Source: an uncultured Clostridiaceae bacterium (GTDB lineage Bacteria > Bacillota > Clostridia > DUPQ01). From it: 64,000 nt of DNA. Positions 57,178 to 64,000 of the stretch are shown here, one piece after another. The notes beneath the pieces were generated by a model. That model was not told the origin of the DNA, ran no database searches, and saw only the letters and a program-made list of their open reading frames with translations. The stretch lies in contig CAZLVL010000005.1 in NCBI GenBank assembly GCA_964563155.1, forward strand, positions 7,367 through 71,366, in the 5' to 3' direction. The translations under genes and the position numbers were made by a program. The first letter of the stretch is position 1. Each line of letters opens with the position of its first letter.

Positions 57178-57894
57178 TTACTTTTTGTATTCAATAGCCT
57201 TAACTGGACAAGCCTCTATAGTAGTTTTTAATTTCTCCATGTCCAACATATTCTCATCATGCTCTTTAACAATGGCTTTATTGCCTTCCATTTCAAACAG
57301 CTCAGGATATTGTTCAACACATACATTACAGCCCATACAAGCTTTTTTATCAATGGTTAATTCGCTACTTTTAGCAATTTCTTCAGGATAATCTTTATCC
57401 TTAATCATCTTATCTGTAAGCCAAGAAAATAGGATAATTGCTAAAACTGTTAAAATCCATCTAACAATCATAAACTTAAGTCCTAAAAACTTGACCTCAT
57501 TTAAAAGCATTGGTACCTTAATAACAGCCCAAGAACTCAAAATTACAACAATATTTCTAGTTGAAGCACCTTTTTTACGTAGCATTACACACATAGGAAA
57601 GGCAGCATAAATAGGACCAGCAGAAATACTCCCTATAACAAAAGCTAAAAAAGTTCCCTTCAATCCTGCATCCTTACCTAGATATTTCATTATTTTATCT
57701 TTTGGTATCCATAAATCCAATAATGCGGTTAAGATAAAAATAACTGGCATAATAAGAAGCATCTCTTTTATGTAATACCCACTGTTCTTTACAGAATCTA
57801 ACCCCATTGAAGGATTTATGAGGGTTACAACGATATATGCTAAAATAACAAGAACAAAAAATAAGTTTTCCTTAATTTTCTTTAAAACCTTCAT
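57178..57894 (-). CDS. COG0701-type permease subunit with C-terminal single-cluster 4Fe-4S ferredoxin domain
   Basis: Polytopic N-terminus similar to two-component membrane permease subunits. C-terminus CMGCNVCVEQYP...ACPVKAIEY. Confidence 0.6.
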   Translation of the reverse strand: MKVLKKIKENLFFVLVILAYIVVTLINPSMGLDSVKNSGYYIKEMLLIMPVIFILTALLDLWIPKDKIMKYLGKDAGLKGTFLAFVIGSISAGPIYAAFPMCVMLRKKGASTRNIVVILSSWAVIKVPMLLNEVKFLGLKFMIVRWILTVLAIILFSWLTDKMIKDKDYPEEIAKSSELTIDKKACMGCNVCVEQYPELFEMEGNKAIVKEHDENMLDMEKLKTTIEACPVKAIEYKK

Positions 57895-58373
57895 ATAAAT
57901 ACCCCCATAACCACAGCAATTATTATTGCAAATAAAAAGCTAAATCCATTTCTAATGGCTGCAAACTTCAATCCAAACTTTTCTTTTTCCAAGGGAAATG
58001 TTACAACACCTACCATTGTCAAGGTAGTTAAAAAAGCTACAGAAGGCATAATACCCACTCCAGCATTTACAAGTGTTCCCACTAGGGGAAAAGCTATAAA
58101 AGCAGGAACCAAAGTAATAGTCCCTAATAGGGCTGATGCTACGGTAGCTATTAAAGCTGGTTGATTACTAACAAATTCTGCAATTTGCTCTGGTGGCAGA
58201 AATGTTAAAATCAATCCTATAGCAAATATAATTGCAAAAATACTTTTAGCCATGCCTTTTCCCATATTAAAGGCCATTTTCAGGGCTTTTTTAGTCTTTT
58301 CCTTATTCTTAATAAAAGAAACAAGTAAAAAGACTACAGTTCCTACCCAAATAGCTATTGTGAAAAAATCCAT
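57891..58373 (-). CDS. COG0701-type permease, second subunit
   Basis: 160 aa polytopic protein overlapping the partner gene by 4 nt. Confidence 0.6.
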   Translation of the reverse strand: MDFFTIAIWVGTVVFLLVSFIKNKEKTKKALKMAFNMGKGMAKSIFAIIFAIGLILTFLPPEQIAEFVSNQPALIATVASALLGTITLVPAFIAFPLVGTLVNAGVGIMPSVAFLTTLTMVGVVTFPLEKEKFGLKFAAIRNGFSFLFAIIIAVVMGVFI

Positions 58374-58449
58374 ACATAAAACCTCCTTCTTAAATCATAA
58401 ACATATTAGGACAAGTTTTTAGCAATAGATAGACACCTAGGTTTCTTTT

Positions 58450-59127
58450 TTGTATAATTTATTTATGACTAACGCAATTAAGACTATTAACTATTTAAAA
58501 GAATTGCCACATTTTGAAAAAATCGACAGTAATATCCTAAGAGATTTAATAAAAAAAGGAGCAATCACTAAGCATAAGTATAAAAAAGGCATAACCTTGC
58601 ATGAGGAAAAGACCGCTTGCAATGCCATTGATATTGTTTTTTCTGGAGAGCTTCTTGCTTATACATTAACAGCAAATGGGTCTGAAACTGTCATTTTTGA
58701 ATTTAATAAAAATAGTATTATTGGAGCTAACTTACTTTTTGGGGACCACAATAAATATCCTATGAATATTTATTGTGCCAGTGACTGTATAATTTTTAGA
58801 CTTCCCAAATCAGCAGTATTAGAACTTTTAGAAATTAATGCTTTTGTTTTACCTTTCGTAAAATCACTTTCTCTAAACTCACAAGGAATGAATCAAAAAA
58901 TTGATATATATAAACTAAAATCACTAAGAGAAAATATAGTCAACTATTTAACTGCACTTTCTGCTATGCAAGACTCTAACACCATAACACTACCCATCAG
59001 TAAAAAACAGTTAGCTGATTATTTAGGAGTTCAAAGACCTTCTTTGTTTCGTGAATTAAAAAAGATGAAAGATGAAGGAATAATAGAAATAAACAATAGA
59101 AAGATTACAATTCTTACTCCTATTTAA
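58450..59127 (+). CDS. Crp/Fnr-family transcriptional regulator (paralog of 32444-33121)
   Basis: cNMP-binding-like domain, HTH KQLADYLGVQRPSLFRELKKM. Clear similarity to the other Crp/Fnr gene in the window. Confidence 0.8.
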   Translation: MYNLFMTNAIKTINYLKELPHFEKIDSNILRDLIKKGAITKHKYKKGITLHEEKTACNAIDIVFSGELLAYTLTANGSETVIFEFNKNSIIGANLLFGDHNKYPMNIYCASDCIIFRLPKSAVLELLEINAFVLPFVKSLSLNSQGMNQKIDIYKLKSLRENIVNYLTALSAMQDSNTITLPISKKQLADYLGVQRPSLFRELKKMKDEGIIEINNRKITILTPI

Positions 59128-59291
59128 ACTAATTAATCTCTTATTTCCACATTTTTAAATCCTTACTAGCAAGGTCTTCTCATAAAAAAAGAAAAGCAAT
59201 TTGACTTCTTTGCTTTCCTTTTACATTTGTTCATCTTTTAAATATTGTTGATTAGTTTACAAATCTTAAATGTTTTAATCACATATATTTT

Positions 59292-61016
59292 CTAAGCTAA
59301 TTTAGCTAACTCCTCTTCTTCTAGCATCCTGTAGGCTACCTTACCTACTAAAGTTTTAGGTAAATCCTCTCTAAACTCTATTTCATAGGGTAAGGCATAT
59401 TTGGCAATATTCTTTTTACAATGATCCATTATACTGTCTTTTGTTTCATCATCTGGCTTATATCCAGATCTTAGCACTATAAAGGCCTTAACCCTTTGGG
59501 TCTTTAAGGGGTCTTTTATTCCAATAACACAAGATAGCGATACAGCTGGATGGGCATCTAAGATATTTTCAATTTGAGATGGATATACATTATATCCTGA
59601 TGTAATAATCATCCTCTTAATCCTTTGGGAAAAGTATATAAAGCCCTCTTCATCCATTTTGCCTAAATCTCCAGTATGTAGCCATACATGGCCATCATCA
59701 TGCTTTTTAAGGGCTAGATTGGTCTCTTCTTCATTGTTGTTGTATTTTAGCATTACAGAAGGCCCTCTTAAGCAAATCTCCCCTTCTTGGTTAAAAGGTA
59801 CTTCTTCGGTACTTTCTACTTTCACTATTTTGTAATAGGTATCTGGATAGGGTATTCCTATGCTACCCTCTTTATAATAATCTTTTGGGGTAAGACAAGA
59901 GGCTGTAACGCATTCTGTGGTACCATAACCTTCTCGAACTTGAACCAAGGCTCCGTGCTCTTTCAAAAATTTGTCTAGTTTCTTTTTAAGTTCTATAGAC
60001 AAGCTATCTCCCCCTGAAAAGACCCCTTCAAGAGAACTTAAATCCACCTTGTCCATATAGGGATTTCTCAAAAGTGCCTCATAAAGGGCTGGTACTCCAG
60101 CTATATAATTGGGTTTTTCTTTCTTCAAAAGCTTTGCATAGGATTGAGCATTAAATCTTGGAACCAGTATACACTTACAAGAGGCGCTCAAAACTGTATG
60201 AATACAAACTCCCAAGCCAAAGCCATGAAAAATGGGCATAATGGTCAACATGGAATGACCTTCAATTATGCAGTCTCCAGCAGTAATGGTTTGAAGAGCT
60301 AGGGCATTAAAATTTAGATTAGATAACAAAATCCCCTTTGTTGTCCCAGTGGTACCACCACTGTATAAAATTGCAGCAGGATCTTGTCCTAAGACATCAG
60401 CTATATATTGACCTTTAAAATCTTTAGCCTTGTTTAAAAGGTCCTTATAAAATACAATATCCAGATTTTTTGGTGGTTTATCTATTTTTCTTCCTTGGGT
60501 TAGGTGATAACCTAAATTTATGGGAAAGGTTAATTCATCAGCAATAGAGGTTATAACTAAAAACTCTAGTTGGTTCTTTTTACTTACCTCAGCTACCTTA
60601 GCATAAAACTGGTCCAAGGTTATAATTCCCCTACTTTTAGAATCTTTTAAGAAAAAGTCAATCTCTCCCTCTGAAGATAAGGGATGAACCATATTTGAAA
60701 TAGCTCCAATTAAGTTTAGGGCGTAAAAGAAATAAAGGGCTTGAGGAGAGTTGGGTAGACAAATAGTAAACTTATCCCCCTTTGAAATTCCTATACTCTT
60801 TAAAGCTCTTGCTGTTTGATGAATTCTCTCAATAAATTTTTCAAAAGTTACTTTTGTTCCTAAAAACTCATATGCTAAAAGGTTGGGAGTTTTTTTTGCA
60901 GCTTGTTCTACCATTTCATACATAGAAATATCCGGATAATCTAAATAAAATGGTAATCCTATTTTTTCGTACTCTTTAATCCATGGATAATTATTCATTG
61001 TATTCAAAACTTTCAC
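59292..61016 (-). CDS. AMP-dependent synthetase/ligase (acyl-CoA synthetase family)
   Basis: AMP-binding motif LYSGGTTGTTKG. C-terminal GKV lysine. Confidence 0.8.
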   Translation of the reverse strand: MKVLNTMNNYPWIKEYEKIGLPFYLDYPDISMYEMVEQAAKKTPNLLAYEFLGTKVTFEKFIERIHQTARALKSIGISKGDKFTICLPNSPQALYFFYALNLIGAISNMVHPLSSEGEIDFFLKDSKSRGIITLDQFYAKVAEVSKKNQLEFLVITSIADELTFPINLGYHLTQGRKIDKPPKNLDIVFYKDLLNKAKDFKGQYIADVLGQDPAAILYSGGTTGTTKGILLSNLNFNALALQTITAGDCIIEGHSMLTIMPIFHGFGLGVCIHTVLSASCKCILVPRFNAQSYAKLLKKEKPNYIAGVPALYEALLRNPYMDKVDLSSLEGVFSGGDSLSIELKKKLDKFLKEHGALVQVREGYGTTECVTASCLTPKDYYKEGSIGIPYPDTYYKIVKVESTEEVPFNQEGEICLRGPSVMLKYNNNEEETNLALKKHDDGHVWLHTGDLGKMDEEGFIYFSQRIKRMIITSGYNVYPSQIENILDAHPAVSLSCVIGIKDPLKTQRVKAFIVLRSGYKPDDETKDSIMDHCKKNIAKYALPYEIEFREDLPKTLVGKVAYRMLEEEELAKLA

Positions 61017-61878
61017 CTAAGGGCCTTTCTAAAAGCTCAGGGTTAGACATTATATATTGTAAGAGTCTAATGCTTTTGGCAAAGTAGAAGCCATCAGCAA
61101 TTCTTTCATCTATTGTCATACCGAAGTTTACCACATCTATAATGGTTTTTTCATTATTTTCCTTAATAATCTCTTTTTTATGGATCTCTCCAATACAAAC
61201 AACCAAGGAATTGGTCCCAAAATTGTTTAAATGATGATAAGGAGCATCACATTTTATACTGCCTAAATTGGATACTAAAACAGAGGCAAAGTTGATGTCT
61301 CCCTTCTGGAGGGCTGCAGGATACAAGTCTAGATAAATCAAAAGTCTTAAAAAACCTACAAAAATACTATTTACAAAACGAGGTAACTTTTGCAGAGTCT
61401 TTAAGGTACTGTCTATGGTGTTGGTACCTTCTTTTCTTATCTTGTCCACCCCATGAGCAATAAATTTGGAGATATCCTCTAGGTTTTGGTCCTTATCCAC
61501 CTTTAAAGAAATTAGCACCTCATCTGCATGGTCAGAAAAATGCCTTTTTGCTACAAAAGATAAGGTAATATCATTTCTTTCATAGTATCTTTTTGCCATA
61601 ACATACCTGTTTAACAAGGGTCTTTGGTAGGCTGTTTTAGCTAAAGCAGCTATAAAAGCATGAAAATATGTCATTTTACTGTCTGGATTCTTTTTCTTAT
61701 GCTCTTTTACATATTCCACCAGTTTACTTACATCCATTTCTTGCTTTAAAAAAACTTCTGCCTCTGTTCTTTTAGGCGCAATGAATGGAAATATGCTGTG
61801 TACCCCATCTAATTCAGCATTAGTAACACGTCTGGCATCTAATCTATCCCGATAGCTGCCCTTTTTTCTTTTAACCAC
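60991..61878 (-). CDS. Stand-alone 2-oxoacid dehydrogenase acyltransferase catalytic-domain (CAT-fold) protein with His-to-Glu substitution in the DHRxxDG motif
   Basis: C-terminal block GMTIDERIADGFYFAKSIRLLQYIMSNPELLE aligns to E2 DHR(V/I)IDG...FL..LK.LLE.P. No lipoyl or E3-binding domains. Overlaps the ligase gene by 26 nt. Confidence 0.55.
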   Translation of the reverse strand: MVKRKKGSYRDRLDARRVTNAELDGVHSIFPFIAPKRTEAEVFLKQEMDVSKLVEYVKEHKKKNPDSKMTYFHAFIAALAKTAYQRPLLNRYVMAKRYYERNDITLSFVAKRHFSDHADEVLISLKVDKDQNLEDISKFIAHGVDKIRKEGTNTIDSTLKTLQKLPRFVNSIFVGFLRLLIYLDLYPAALQKGDINFASVLVSNLGSIKCDAPYHHLNNFGTNSLVVCIGEIHKKEIIKENNEKTIIDVVNFGMTIDERIADGFYFAKSIRLLQYIMSNPELLERPLGESFEYNE

Positions 61879-61956
61879 TAATTAATCCCCCTATTTTCAA
61901 TTTATTTTATGAATAGAGACAATCCCCCGATAGAATCTCTATTCTAAAAGATATAA

Positions 61957-62265
61957 CTACAAGGACTCAATTTTTTTGATAAGTTTCAATTCTTTTTCCA
62001 TTTCTTTTAAGGACTTTTCTAGTTTTTTCCTTAAAACAATCTGCTTTTGTATTTCATGAACAGAATCAGAAATTTTACCCAAATACTTTGAAACTATCTT
62101 TTTACCCTCTCTGTACTTGAGATAAAAGTACTCAGTTCCTGTATTTTTATTCCTTTTAACAGTCAAGGTACCCTTGGGTAGATCTGAAACCTTTTTCTTG
62201 TAATTGGCCTTCTTTTTTAATAAGTCATTCTTATATTTTCTTATCAAATCATTCAAGTTATCCAT
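61957..62265 (-). CDS. Small basic coiled-coil hypothetical protein (102 aa)
   Basis: Lys-rich ORF 78 nt upstream of the acyltransferase gene. Confidence 0.4.
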   Translation of the reverse strand: MDNLNDLIRKYKNDLLKKKANYKKKVSDLPKGTLTVKRNKNTGTEYFYLKYREGKKIVSKYLGKISDSVHEIQKQIVLRKKLEKSLKEMEKELKLIKKIESL

Positions 62266-62471
62266 GGAAAAAGTATACCCAACAGATAGGAAGAAGTCAA
62301 TTGTCTGTGGGGTAAAAATGTATTAAAAGTAGATATAAAGATTTATGTATTTATTCTTGCATTTTTCCTTGTTTTACCTTATTATAATGCAAATGTTATA
62401 TTATTTATTCATAAAGACTGGGATTTATGGTAAGATAACTTTCATTCATAAAAAAATAGGGGGTATTATTT

Positions 62472-63836
62472 TTGAAATTTGAAGATATTTTAGCTGCAAA
62501 TGATAAGAAAATTCAAAGACTTAGTGAAATAGCATATGAAAATGATGTTATAGATAACAGTTTATTTATAAAGCACAATGTATTTAGAGGTTTGAGAGAC
62601 CATAAAGGAGTTGGTGTTGTCACTGGCCTTACAGAAATTTCTGAAATGAATGGCTTTAAACTAAATGAAGAAGGCCAAAGAGTACCTATGGACGGCGTTA
62701 TGTACTATAGGGGTTTGGACATCCACCATATTATAGATGGCATGATAAGAGAAGATCGCTTTGGTTATGAAGAGTGTGCCTATCTATTACTTTGTGGACA
62801 CTTACCAAATAAAAAAGAGTTAGAAGAATTTACTAATCTCTTAAATGACCTTAGATCTCTTCCTGAAAGCTTTGCTAGAGACATAATTATGAAGGCCCCT
62901 TCTAAAGATCTTATGAATGCTCTTTCAAGAAGTATTTTGACCCTATACTCTTATGATGAAAATCCAGATGATATTTCATTAAAAAATGTATTTAGACAAT
63001 CCTTGCAACTTATTGCGGTTATGCCTTTACTATCTGTATATAGTTACCAAGCCTATCGTCACTACATTTTAGGAGAAAATCTACACATTAGACAACCTAA
63101 GCCTGAGTTTTCTACCGCAGAAAACTTCTTGTATCTACTTAGAGGAACAGACAACTATACTTTAGAGCAGGCTAGACTTTTAGATATATGTATGGTCCTA
63201 CAAGCTGAACACGGTGGTGGTAACAACTCAACCTTTACTACCCACGTAGTAACCTCCAGTGGAACTGATACCTACTCTTGTATATCAGCCTCCTTAGGTT
63301 CTCTAAAGGGACCTAGACACGGTGGTGCCAACCTTAAGGTTGTCCATATGATGGAAGATATAATGGCTAATGTTAAAAATCTTACTGATGAAAACATTGA
63401 AGACTATCTTTGCAAAATGCTAGAAAAAAAGGTCTTTGACCAGGCTGGTCTCATTTATGGTCTTGGCCATGCAGTTTACTCCATTTCTGACCCAAGAGCT
63501 CTTATCATGAGAGAACAACTGGAAAACTATTTATCAGACAAGGAAAAAGGTAGACTTTTCTATCTTTATGACAGATTACAGCACATTGCTCCTGATGTTA
63601 TTAAAAAGTATAAAAATGTTAGCAATGTAGCTATAAATATTGACTACTACTCTGGCTATTTATATAGGGTTTTAGACATTCCAGAACAACTCTATACACC
63701 AATTTTTGCCTTATCAAGAATAATGGGTTGGGCTGCTCATAGATTTGAAGAATTAGCTAACAACGGTAAAATTATACGTCCAGCCTACATAGCAGTAGCT
63801 GATAGGCAAGAATACAAAGCTCTTGATGAGAGATAG
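62472..63836 (+). CDS. Citrate synthase
   Basis: TTG start with an AGGGGG RBS. Catalytic His motifs HGGANLKV and GLGHAVY, and a conserved ...D... block near the C-terminus. Confidence 0.85.
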   Translation: MKFEDILAANDKKIQRLSEIAYENDVIDNSLFIKHNVFRGLRDHKGVGVVTGLTEISEMNGFKLNEEGQRVPMDGVMYYRGLDIHHIIDGMIREDRFGYEECAYLLLCGHLPNKKELEEFTNLLNDLRSLPESFARDIIMKAPSKDLMNALSRSILTLYSYDENPDDISLKNVFRQSLQLIAVMPLLSVYSYQAYRHYILGENLHIRQPKPEFSTAENFLYLLRGTDNYTLEQARLLDICMVLQAEHGGGNNSTFTTHVVTSSGTDTYSCISASLGSLKGPRHGGANLKVVHMMEDIMANVKNLTDENIEDYLCKMLEKKVFDQAGLIYGLGHAVYSISDPRALIMREQLENYLSDKEKGRLFYLYDRLQHIAPDVIKKYKNVSNVAINIDYYSGYLYRVLDIPEQLYTPIFALSRIMGWAAHRFEELANNGKIIRPAYIAVADRQEYKALDER

Positions 63837-63862
63837 AAAACAATCTATCTTTAAGGTATAAT

Positions 63863-64000
63863 ACCTTTTATGGTTATTGTATTGTTTGTAGTAATGTTAA
63901 TAGGAGTGCTTTTAGGCAAGATGAAGGTCATAGACCGTCATGGCGAAAGCACCCTTTCTTTTTTAATTATTAATGTGGCTATGCCCATGCTAATTGTAGC
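63863..64000 (+). CDS. Auxin-efflux-carrier (AEC) family transporter. N-terminal fragment; continues beyond the window.
   Basis: MVIVLFVVMLIGVLLGKMKVIDRHGESTLSFLIINVAMPMLIV matches the AEC/MleP-like N-terminal pattern. ORF is open to the window end. Confidence 0.4.

Noticed and set aside
1-64000. CRISPR arrays, rRNA genes, IS elements
   Set aside because: No regularly spaced direct repeats, no rRNA-like conserved blocks, and no transposase-like ORFs or terminal inverted repeats were seen anywhere in the window.

Overview
This is a 64 kb chromosomal segment from a low-GC (about 30% by eye) Firmicute, probably an anaerobic Clostridia-like organism. Nearly every gene is on the minus strand. The left third is one long minus-strand run: cysK, mnmA, uxaC, udk, two small membrane proteins, then a complete oppABCDF oligopeptide ABC transporter with enlarged OppA and OppC. 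Next come glmM, a COG2509 FAD protein, and the cdaR-cdaA c-di-AMP module. The middle holds an oxidative-stress cluster (perR-rubrerythrin plus a DUF1858/DUF438/PAS protein), an esterase, a vWA protein, a macro-domain/HTH fusion, and a GH172-like gene paired with a large uncharacterised protein. A roughly 6.3 kb stretch follows (29.4-35.8 kb) that is compositionally distinct, with G+C clearly higher than the flanks. It is bracketed by two ~48-nt imperfect direct repeats, and its right end abuts a tRNA-Leu(UAG). It carries an OmpR-type two-component system, a Crp/Fnr regulator with a membrane 4Fe-4S protein, a frameshifted deaminase and an HTH protein, but no recognisable integrase. The right half is housekeeping: comEA, a PBP5-type carboxypeptidase, leuS, the rpmG-secE-nusG-rplK-rplA-rplJ-rplL cluster, lysS, greA, a tRNA-His/Gln/Lys operon, transporters, and a second Crp/Fnr regulator beside a split COG0701 permease fused to a ferredoxin. 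An acyl-CoA ligase gene overlaps a gene for an E2-like acyltransferase whose catalytic His is replaced by Glu. The window ends with citrate synthase and the start of an AEC-family transporter. I saw no CRISPR array, no rRNA and no clear transposase or phage genes. All coordinates and motif calls were made by hand from the sequence, without tools.
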